Positions 26,692 through 34,389 of a stretch of 34,389 nucleotides of DNA are shown here, one piece after another. Every line of letters starts with the position of its first letter. The first letter of the stretch is position 1. Source of the DNA: Candidatus Omnitrophota bacterium (lineage in GTDB: Bacteria > Omnitrophota > Gorgyraeia > Zapsychrales > Zapsychraceae); the NCBI GenBank assembly GCA_015233495.1, contig JADFXQ010000002.1, forward strand, positions 1 through 34,389, read 5' to 3'. The notes beneath the pieces are model-generated. The model was not told the origin of the DNA. It saw nothing but the letters and a program-made list of their open reading frames with translations, and ran no database searches. The position numbers and the translations under genes were made by a program.

Positions 26692-28079
26692 AAACCGAAA
26701 CTTTATTTATTAACCCGTTTTACCGGCAATTTGACGGCCCGATCACCGATAATCGTTTGCCGCCTTTGGAGCTGATCAATTGCGCAACAATGCTTAAGCA
26801 GCAAGGCCGGCTGGTCCGGGTCGTAGATGCGCACATTCAGCAGTGGGGAGCGGCGGATTTAGCACGGCGCGATTTGGACATTGATCCGGGGCTGGTGGTT
26901 ATGGGCACTTCGCCGCTCAATACGTGGCAATGCCCGCCAAAAACGATCGAGCCGTTTTTTACAGCAGCGCGGGCGATGAAAAAAAAGTTTCCCCAGGCTT
27001 TGGTGATCGGGTGCGGACCGGGTACTTGTTTTTTTCTGCGAGAAATGCTATCCGTTTGCGATTTAGTCATTGCCGGACAGCCGGAGCCATTTTTTCAAGC
27101 GGTTGGCAACCCCGGCGACAAAGCGGTGTTATTTGCGGCGCCGGGCGCGGTTTTTTTAGAACCCTCCGGAGAAATGACCCGGGTTGATCCCGTGCGCCGG
27201 GCGGATATGACGGCCTGGCCTTGTCCGGATTATAAGTTATTGGATTATCGGCAATACCGGTTTGGGGTGATGCGGGATTGGGTGGTGGAATTGGAAACTT
27301 CGCGCGGCTGTCCGCAATTGTGTGATTTTTGTTTTCAGGCCATGACGCATTATCAGTACAGCCATAAAACTGTCCGGCAAGTGATTGCCGAAATGCGTTA
27401 TGTCGCGGCGGAACTGGGCGGCCGGGATATTTTTTTCGCGGATCTGGACATGGGAGCGGACCAAAATTTTTTAAAGGAATTGCTCCCTGCCATGGCTGCC
27501 GAGCAGTTTCCGTTGCGCTGGTCCGCAAATTTTCGTTCAGGGTGTTTGAATTCGGAATTGCTTCCGCAGCTCCGGCGAGCCGGATGCCAGGTCGCCTTGA
27601 TCGGTGTGGAGAGCGCCGACGAACAGTTTCAGCAGGCGATGGGAAAAAACGCCTCGCTCGCGCAGCTGCGGCAACGGATCGCGTTAGCGCAAAAACACGG
27701 TTTGGAAGTCGCGGGTTACTTTATGATTGGTTTGCCCGCCGAGGATGAGAGCCGGATCAACGCGACCGTGCGTTTGGCTCAGGATTTGAATTTGGATTAT
27801 GCCAGTTTTCAAATCCAGACGAGCTATCCGGATCCCGCCCGCCCGGGACAGTGTAAGGAAACCGGCGGGTTGCCGCAAGTATCGGCCGAACGTCTGGCGG
27901 AATTGCAGTCGCTGGCTTATCAAAAATTTTATCTGCGGCCGGGATACATTTTGAAAAAATTTCCTTTATTGGCAAATCCGCGGAATTTGTGGTCGCATTT
28001 GCGGGTTTTTGCGCAAACTTTTCAAAGGAAAACAATCGCCGTACAGAGAGGAATCAGCGATGCAGCTCAAACAAAATGA
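26688..28079 (+). CDS. B12-binding radical SAM protein (HpnJ-like)
   Basis: 'PPLEL', 'ETSRGCPQLCDFC', 'IGVES', 'YFMIGLP'. Confidence 0.9.
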   Translation: MKTETLFINPFYRQFDGPITDNRLPPLELINCATMLKQQGRLVRVVDAHIQQWGAADLARRDLDIDPGLVVMGTSPLNTWQCPPKTIEPFFTAARAMKKKFPQALVIGCGPGTCFFLREMLSVCDLVIAGQPEPFFQAVGNPGDKAVLFAAPGAVFLEPSGEMTRVDPVRRADMTAWPCPDYKLLDYRQYRFGVMRDWVVELETSRGCPQLCDFCFQAMTHYQYSHKTVRQVIAEMRYVAAELGGRDIFFADLDMGADQNFLKELLPAMAAEQFPLRWSANFRSGCLNSELLPQLRRAGCQVALIGVESADEQFQQAMGKNASLAQLRQRIALAQKHGLEVAGYFMIGLPAEDESRINATVRLAQDLNLDYASFQIQTSYPDPARPGQCKETGGLPQVSAERLAELQSLAYQKFYLRPGYILKKFPLLANPRNLWSHLRVFAQTFQRKTIAVQRGISDAAQTK

Positions 28080-28857
28080 ATGGTCCGTGCAGTGGCAGAA
28101 TTTGAGGCATGACGGCTGTGATCAATCCGGCGCGACCCAACAGCATTTTTTGAATTTTTTTTTAAAACCTTATGATGCCGGCATTTTTAAAAATAAAGTC
28201 GTTCTTGACGCGGGGTGCGGGGGAGGGGATAAATTGTTTTTCCTGTCTGCTTTGGCCCGGCGGGTGATTGGCGTTGATTTGAACACTCAGTCTGTTGTGG
28301 CTCAGCGCATACAAGACCAGGGCTGCTGCAACGTCGAGTTTATCGAAGCGGATTTGGCGGAGCTTAAACTTCCGGAACAGGTCGATATTCTCATATCTGA
28401 TGGAGTGATCCATCACACGGTAGATCCAGACCGCACGTTTGCCAACCTAAAAAGCTTAGTTAAACCCGGAGGGCTCATGATGGTGATGGTTTATGCCCAG
28501 GAGGGCAATTGGGTCAATCAGCATATTTTGAATAAAATTTTTGCGATCACGCGTGCTTGGCCGTATATCTTAAAACGGTGGTTGGCAGTTTTTTTGGCCC
28601 GGTGTTTACGCGGTTACGGCCGGGTTATCTGTTTTTGCCGTATCACGGGTTTGCCGTTTTATCGGTATTTGCATGATTATTTTTTGGGGATGTCGTTTTC
28701 GATGAATGTTTTGGATATTTATGATCAAATTAACGCGCCGCTGGTGTATTACATCGCGCGGCAGGATATCGAGCGTTGGTTTCAGGATGATTTTGAAGAT
28801 GTGAACATCTTTCACGAAAAAGGCGTTACTTGGGTCGCGAATGGACGGAAAAAATGA
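28060..28857 (+). CDS. Class I SAM-dependent methyltransferase
   Basis: 'VLDAGCGGG', 'GVIHHT', 'VKPGG'. Start taken as ATG28060. Confidence 0.9.
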   Translation: MQLKQNEWSVQWQNLRHDGCDQSGATQQHFLNFFLKPYDAGIFKNKVVLDAGCGGGDKLFFLSALARRVIGVDLNTQSVVAQRIQDQGCCNVEFIEADLAELKLPEQVDILISDGVIHHTVDPDRTFANLKSLVKPGGLMMVMVYAQEGNWVNQHILNKIFAITRAWPYILKRWLAVFLARCLRGYGRVICFCRITGLPFYRYLHDYFLGMSFSMNVLDIYDQINAPLVYYIARQDIERWFQDDFEDVNIFHEKGVTWVANGRKK

Positions 28858-31154
28858 ACAACGTAGCTTGGCCACAATCCTTATTTAAAGATATTTTTGC
28901 TTTGGTGTTATTGGCAGCCGTGTATTTTTTCTTAGCCGTGCCGAGTATAAATTGGGATCATGTCGAACTGCGTAAAGGGTATGGCACGGATCCGGACAAA
29001 GGGGGGATCAGTGAGGCCTTAGGTTACGCGTATCACTTTAAAGAAAATTGGTCAGTGGGATATAAAACTTATCCGCAAGGCTATGGTCTGGGTTTGGCCC
29101 TGTTTTATAAAACCGCGGTGTTTATTGCCCAGTCATTTCATAGGTTGCCGGATTTCGCGTTGACGGTCGCCAATAATGTTTATGGGCGGATGCCGTCTGC
29201 CGACGTAAAAATCTCCACTATTGAAGGCCGGACTTTCTTTTTGTTTTTGGCCCGGTGGTATTCTGTGCTTTGGGGGTATTTGACCTTGGTCTTGGTCTAT
29301 ATGATCGGACGCGACCACTATGGCCGCAGATCAATCGGATTGGCTAGCGCGTTTTTTTTAATGGCGTCATATTCTTTTATGATGCTTGCCCAGCTGGCGA
29401 AATATCCGGCGATGGCCAATTTTTTTGTATTTCTTAATCTTTATTATATTTACGTGGTTTTACGCTATCCGGGCTGGCGGACGTATATCCTCGCCGGGAT
29501 TTGTGCCGGGTTAGGATCCGCGGTGATTTATTACCACGCGATCTTTATATTTTTTCTGGGCCTGGCCCATATTCTCGCTTTACCGGCGGCAGAGCGCCGC
29601 AGTTTCAGAAAGCTATTTTTTCATCCCTATATGATCGGCGCGGGAATGGCTTTTCTGCTGACATTTGGCGCGCTCAATCCCCGGATTATCAAATGGGGAT
29701 TTGCTTTATTATTGGATCTGATTGGCTGGTCGTCGATTTTCGGCGGGACAGGCGGCCGCGGGGACGTGTTGATTTATCATCGGTATCACGGCCTGTTTTC
29801 CTTGCTCGGCAATCTGCGCGACCATATCGGGCCGGCTTTGTCCGCGGCGGTTTTGGCGGGTTTGGTCGCCGCGGTAGCGTGGCGCAAAGAAAAGATGATT
29901 TTGCTGACGCTTTTGATCGGTTTGTTTTATAGTTGGTTTAGTTTGGCGGCGCCGGAAACCTACATCATTTTTTTATCGTTTCCTGTTTTTTATTTGGTTT
30001 TTTCCCGGGCGCTGGTTCAGAAGATGGATCGGTTTTTGGGGAATACAGTCCCGGTGGTTGGGCGGCGCGTTTTGTTGGCTTTGATCGTGGCAGTCATTTC
30101 GGCCGGGGGATTTTTACGGATCTACGCTCAAGGTTTGATTAACACGCAAATTTCTTCTCCGCTGCTTGCCCGGATGTGGATCCAACGCAATTTGCCGCAG
30201 GAGGCGATTTTGCTGACCGAGGCTTATGGGGTGATGGCGAATGATCATTCGGACCAGATTTTTCGCATTTCATTTCAAGGCGGGAAAAATGATTTATCGC
30301 ACAATTTATGCGATATGACCTGGGACGCGGGAGAAAAAATATTTAACGCTCAATATGCCGTGGCGGGCGGGAGGTTTTATTCCGAAACTTTTTCCGAAGA
30401 GAATGTTAACCGCTATCCCGCGTTTAAAAAACAGCTTTCTCCCCGGGGCATCGGTTATGGATTGAGAGAAAGTTATCAGACGTATCGGAATCTGTTACAA
30501 CAAAACGCTGTCTTGGTGAAAGAGTTTCCTCAGGGCAAGTGGATTGGGGAAGATCAGCTTAATATTTTAGGATATCAGTTTCTCGGGGTTCCGCTGGCGC
30601 AGCTGCCGGCTTTTTTGACTGATCCCCGGGCCAGGTCCTATGGGTATGGCGTGAAAATTTATCGTTTAACTCCGGAGTTTTGGGCCGCTTTTGAAAAAGC
30701 GGCAGGCGCGTCGATTACCCGACAGAGCGCGGCGAATCAAGATCTCCGGGATTTTCCGCCGCAGGGTTTTAAGACGGAAATGCGCGTGGATCCGTTGCGG
30801 CGGGATATTCAGGTCAATGTGTGTTGGCAAAATAACCAAGAAAGGATTTTAAGACAGCTGTTTTTTTGTTTAGAACATTGTAATCGGCAAAATAAAAGTC
30901 ACGCTTATTTTATCGATAGGATCAAAGATGTGCTGCGCCAAGAGAGCAATCAGGCAAGCTGGACGTTTAATGAAATGGATTTTCCCCGGCGGGAAAGTTA
31001 TTGTTCCACTTACCGTTTAGCAATACCGCCGGGTTTAAAAAAAGGGAAATACACCTTAAAGATGACCAATACGGCAGCTGGGGATCAAGTTTATAAAATC
31101 GGTAAAATTATTTTGGACGGACAAATTATTGTCCGCGACTGCCAAGCCAGGTAA
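28854..31154 (+). CDS. ArnT/PMT-like (GT-C) membrane glycosyltransferase with a large extracytoplasmic C-terminal domain
   Basis: 'DPD' in the first loop, 'YP', 'LARWYSVLWG', multiple TMs, 'ARMWIQRNLP'. ATGA overlap. Confidence 0.8.
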   Translation: MNNVAWPQSLFKDIFALVLLAAVYFFLAVPSINWDHVELRKGYGTDPDKGGISEALGYAYHFKENWSVGYKTYPQGYGLGLALFYKTAVFIAQSFHRLPDFALTVANNVYGRMPSADVKISTIEGRTFFLFLARWYSVLWGYLTLVLVYMIGRDHYGRRSIGLASAFFLMASYSFMMLAQLAKYPAMANFFVFLNLYYIYVVLRYPGWRTYILAGICAGLGSAVIYYHAIFIFFLGLAHILALPAAERRSFRKLFFHPYMIGAGMAFLLTFGALNPRIIKWGFALLLDLIGWSSIFGGTGGRGDVLIYHRYHGLFSLLGNLRDHIGPALSAAVLAGLVAAVAWRKEKMILLTLLIGLFYSWFSLAAPETYIIFLSFPVFYLVFSRALVQKMDRFLGNTVPVVGRRVLLALIVAVISAGGFLRIYAQGLINTQISSPLLARMWIQRNLPQEAILLTEAYGVMANDHSDQIFRISFQGGKNDLSHNLCDMTWDAGEKIFNAQYAVAGGRFYSETFSEENVNRYPAFKKQLSPRGIGYGLRESYQTYRNLLQQNAVLVKEFPQGKWIGEDQLNILGYQFLGVPLAQLPAFLTDPRARSYGYGVKIYRLTPEFWAAFEKAAGASITRQSAANQDLRDFPPQGFKTEMRVDPLRRDIQVNVCWQNNQERILRQLFFCLEHCNRQNKSHAYFIDRIKDVLRQESNQASWTFNEMDFPRRESYCSTYRLAIPPGLKKGKYTLKMTNTAAGDQVYKIGKIILDGQIIVRDCQAR

Positions 31155-31165
31155 GGGAGGGGCGG

Positions 31166-32350
31166 ATGACCCAAATACAGGATAAAAAACGGGTAATAGC
31201 GATCATTCCCGCCCGGGGAGGGTCGAAATCGATTCCGCAGAAAAATATTTTTTCTTTTTGCGGCAAGCCGCTTTTAGCCTGGTCTATAGAACAAGCGAAA
31301 CAAAGCGAATGTGTCGGCGAAGTCTATGTGTCCACGAATGATGCGGGTATCGCGCAGGTGGCTCAGGCCTATGGCGCTCAAATTATTTGGCGGCCGGAAG
31401 AACTTTCTGGTGATACGGCTTCTTCCGAGACGGCAATCGAACACGCTTTGCAGCAAATCGAACAAACGCAAAAAGTGGATTTGGTGGTCTTTTTGCAAGC
31501 CACTTCGCCGGTGCGGTTGAAAACGGATATTGACCTGGCCATGCGGCATTTTCACGCCCTGCAGGCGGATTCTTTATTTTCCGCGGCGGAAGTGACGGAT
31601 TTTTGTTTGTGGAAAAAAGCGGATGACCGGTTTGAAAGTTTTTCTTTTGATTATCAAGCGCGCGGTCAAAGGCAGACGCGGCCGCCTTTGTATTTGGAAA
31701 ACGGGTCAATTTATATTTTTTCGCCGGGAGCGCTGCGGCAATACCACAATCGTCTGGGCGGGAAGATTACCGCGTTTTTGATGCCCCGGGAAAGATCTTT
31801 TGAAATTGACACGGCGGAAGATATTCCCGTGTGCGCGCATTTTCTGCGGCGGATGCTGGCCGCTTCCCAGCCGGCCGTCACGGCCCGCGATGTTGATTTA
31901 CTGGTCTATGATTTTGACGGAGTCATGACGGACAATAAAGTGATTGTCCAACAGGACGGCTTAGAAGCGGTGGCGGCCAACCGCGGCGACGGACTCGCGG
32001 TCGCGCTTCTAAAAAAACAGGGCTGGCGACAAATGATTGTTTCCACCGAAACCAACCCGGTTGTGGCTAAGCGCGCCCAGAAGATCGAGATCCCGGTTTA
32101 TCAAAGTGTGGGCGATAAAAAACAATGGGTAATGGATTATTGCGCGCGGGAAAAAATTGATTTAAGCCGCGTGCTTTATGTGGGAAATGATTTGAACGAT
32201 CTCGCGGTGATGTCGGTTGTCGGCTGGCCGGCGTGTCCGCTGGACGCGCATCCTGTCGTTAAAGATAGCGCGCGGATTGTTTTAAATCGGCGCGGCGGGG
32301 ATGGCGTGATCCGCGCGTTGTATGACGTTTTAAATTCCAAAAAAGAATAA
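31166..32350 (+). CDS. neuA: Acylneuraminate cytidylyltransferase fused to a KdsC-type HAD phosphatase
   Basis: 'IPARGGSKSIPQKN', 'LQATSP', 'ENGSIY', 'EIDT'. C-terminal 'DFDGVMTD' and 'GNDLND'. Confidence 0.92.
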   Translation: MTQIQDKKRVIAIIPARGGSKSIPQKNIFSFCGKPLLAWSIEQAKQSECVGEVYVSTNDAGIAQVAQAYGAQIIWRPEELSGDTASSETAIEHALQQIEQTQKVDLVVFLQATSPVRLKTDIDLAMRHFHALQADSLFSAAEVTDFCLWKKADDRFESFSFDYQARGQRQTRPPLYLENGSIYIFSPGALRQYHNRLGGKITAFLMPRERSFEIDTAEDIPVCAHFLRRMLAASQPAVTARDVDLLVYDFDGVMTDNKVIVQQDGLEAVAANRGDGLAVALLKKQGWRQMIVSTETNPVVAKRAQKIEIPVYQSVGDKKQWVMDYCAREKIDLSRVLYVGNDLNDLAVMSVVGWPACPLDAHPVVKDSARIVLNRRGGDGVIRALYDVLNSKKE

Positions 32351-32365
32351 AAAAGGAGAATCCAC

Positions 32366-33208
32366 ATGTCGGTGTTTTTTATCGCGGAAATCGGAATCAA
32401 TCATAACGGCGATATGGCGATTGCCAAGAAATTGATCGATGTGGCTTCGTTCGCCGGATGCGACGCGGTGAAGTTTCAGAAAAGGACGATTGATAAAGTT
32501 TATTCCCGGGAGTTGCTTGATTCGCCGCGGGAAAGCCCCTGGGGGAAGACCCAGCGCGCCCAGAAAGAGGGATTGGAATTCAATGAAAAGCAATATGATG
32601 AAATCAACGCCTATTGCCAACAAAAAAACATTGCCTGGTTCGCTTCGGCGTGGGATGTGGACAGCCAAATTTTTTTAAGAAAATATCCGACCCGTTACAA
32701 CAAAGTGGCTTCCGCGGTATTAACTCACGGGGATCTGATCGAACAGATCGCCGCGGAACGGAAACCCACGTTCATTTCCACTGGCATGAGTTCCTTGGAA
32801 GAAATCGACCGGGCCGTGGCGATATTCCGCGGCGCGCAATGCCCGTTTGAATTACTGCATTGCAACAGCGTTTATCCGATGCCGGACGCGGACGCTAATT
32901 TGCGCGTCATTGAAACTTTGGCGAAGCGTTATCAATGCAAGGTGGGATACAGCGGACATGAGGTGGGATTGCAAATCACGATGGCCGCGGTTGCTTTGGG
33001 CGCTACGACGATTGAACGCCATATCACCTTGGACAGATCCATGTACGGCTCGGATCAGGCCGCTTCCTTAGAGCCGACCGGGCTGTTGCGTTTAGTGCGG
33101 GACTGCCGGATTATTCATAAGGCTTTGGGCGATGGCGAAAAAAAAGTCTCGGATTCCGAGCTTAAAATTAAAAATAAACTCCGTCCGTTAAATTGGGGGC
33201 AAAAATGA
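32366..33208 (+). CDS. neuB: N-acetylneuraminate/nonulosonate synthase family protein, lacking the C-terminal SAF domain
   Basis: 'IAEIGINHNGD', 'VKFQKR', 'STGMS', 'GYSGHE', 'IERHITLD'; 280 aa. Confidence 0.93.
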   Translation: MSVFFIAEIGINHNGDMAIAKKLIDVASFAGCDAVKFQKRTIDKVYSRELLDSPRESPWGKTQRAQKEGLEFNEKQYDEINAYCQQKNIAWFASAWDVDSQIFLRKYPTRYNKVASAVLTHGDLIEQIAAERKPTFISTGMSSLEEIDRAVAIFRGAQCPFELLHCNSVYPMPDADANLRVIETLAKRYQCKVGYSGHEVGLQITMAAVALGATTIERHITLDRSMYGSDQAASLEPTGLLRLVRDCRIIHKALGDGEKKVSDSELKIKNKLRPLNWGQK

Positions 33209-34200
33209 ACCAACCTGCGCAACGCTGGGTTTATCTCAACGGCGAATATGTCCGGGAGGCAGACGCGAAAATTTCGATTTTCGATTCCGCTTTGATGTTC
33301 GGCGACATGATTTTTGAGATGACCCGGTCTTTTAATAAAAAACAGTTCAGGCTCCGGGAACATTTGGAGCGGCTCGCTTTGGGGATGAAAATATTTCATA
33401 TTCCTTTGGACTTGTCGGTCGATCAATTGGAAGCCCGCTGTTTAGAAGTAATTGAAAAGAATGAGCCGGCTTTCAGCAAAACGGATGAGCATCGGCTGAT
33501 GATCAATGTGAGCCGGGGACCGTTGAGCATCTATCATAAGGTTTTTGACCGCCCGGTTGGTCCGACCGTGGTGATCGCGGATTTTCCTTTGAAGTGGACA
33601 GTGGTAGGGATGGGCGCTTTGTTCGACAAAGGGATCAATGCTGTGGTGCCGTCGCAACGGGCGATCCCGGCAGCTTTGATGGACCCCAAAATCAAAAATC
33701 GCAGCCGGATGTTTTATCAAACCGCGAACATCGAGTTGTCCCGGATGAAGGGGGAAAATAATTGGGCGTTATTGTTGGACCCCGACGGTTTTATTGCCGA
33801 AGGCACCGGTTGTAATTTTTTTATCGTAAAAGACAAAAAAATCTTTACCCCGGAGGGCAGAAATATTTTGCGGGGCATCAGCCGCAATTATATTTTTGAA
33901 CTGGCCGAAACATTGGGTATTTCTTGCCGGGAAAAAAATCTTGAACCCTATGATGTGTACGCGGCGGACGAGGCCTTTGTAACTGCCACGCCGTTTTGCG
34001 CTTTGCCGGTAACGCATTTTAATTTTACCAAAATCGGTTCCGGCGCGATGGGGGCGGTGACGCGTCAGCTGTTAGACGTTTGGGGAAAAAATGTCGGGGT
34101 GGATATTGTGCGGCAAATTAAGGCCTTTAATGAGGAAGTGCAATTGGCGAGCGCCGGCCCCGTGTCAACGCCGTATCAATTTAAGACAGAAGAAAAATGA
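33205..34200 (+). CDS. PLP fold-type IV aminotransferase (IlvE/Dat family)
   Basis: 'FGDMIFEMTR', 'HLERL', 'KIKNRS', 'EGTGCNFF', 'ILRGISR', 'ADEAF'. ATGA overlap with neuB. Confidence 0.92.
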   Translation: MNQPAQRWVYLNGEYVREADAKISIFDSALMFGDMIFEMTRSFNKKQFRLREHLERLALGMKIFHIPLDLSVDQLEARCLEVIEKNEPAFSKTDEHRLMINVSRGPLSIYHKVFDRPVGPTVVIADFPLKWTVVGMGALFDKGINAVVPSQRAIPAALMDPKIKNRSRMFYQTANIELSRMKGENNWALLLDPDGFIAEGTGCNFFIVKDKKIFTPEGRNILRGISRNYIFELAETLGISCREKNLEPYDVYAADEAFVTATPFCALPVTHFNFTKIGSGAMGAVTRQLLDVWGKNVGVDIVRQIKAFNEEVQLASAGPVSTPYQFKTEEK

Positions 34201-34255
34201 CGATATTTTAATTTTGAATGGGTAAGCAAGGCTAAAAATTATTTTCTTCTGCCAC

Positions 34256-34360
34256 GGGTTATTTTGGCCGTCTGCTTCGGTTTACGGCGAGCTTTCTATC
34301 GCGATTTTTAAACGCGGAAAGCTCGCCGTAAAACCTCGCAGACTTTTGGCCAAAAAACCC
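34256..34360. repeat. Long imperfect inverted repeat (~105 nt)
   Basis: Perfect 16-bp arm TTTACGGCGAGCTTTC / GAAAGCTCGCCGTAAA, flanked by GTCTGC/GCAGAC, TTTTGGCC/GGCCAAAA and GGGTT/AACCC. Confidence 0.85.
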
Positions 34361-34389
34361 TTATTGTGTCAGAAGAAAATAATTTTTAG

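Noticed and set aside
19365..28079. Calling the cluster hopanoid biosynthesis (hpnI/J/K)
   Set aside because: Only family-level resemblance. No squalene-hopene cyclase, hpnH or hpnC/D/E in the window.
34197..34389. Next CDS starting at the ATGA overlap
   Set aside because: It stops after four codons, and the rest is dominated by the inverted repeat.

Overview
Bacterial genomic window of roughly 50% GC. The protein types suggest Candidatus Omnitrophota or a similar PVC-group lineage (inference). From left to right: (1) an atypical chaperone-usher-like pair facing a small secreted protein whose leader carries a GEMM-I (c-di-GMP-I class) riboswitch with an unusual C at the ligand-discriminating position; (2) a promoter-driven, apparently pseudoknotted non-coding segment ahead of a Phd/PIN toxin-antitoxin pair; (3) two small exported proteins; (4) a coupled AdoMet-decarboxylase-like plus SET-domain operon; (5) a nucleoside phosphorylase divergent from an aldo/keto reductase, SPL-like radical SAM, gnd, zwf and receiver operon; (6) a 750-aa secreted protein with an N-domain, a cargo-like middle and a GGIDF tail; (7) a ~17.7 kb MarR-led surface-glycan or glycolipid tailoring cluster with GT2, GT-C, two B12 radical SAM enzymes, deacetylase, SGNH, AsnB, methyltransferases, NeuA-HAD, NeuB and a fold-IV aminotransferase, which hides an unannotated 48-aa ORF; (8) a ~105-nt hairpin at the right end. 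All calls come from reading motifs by eye. No searches were run.
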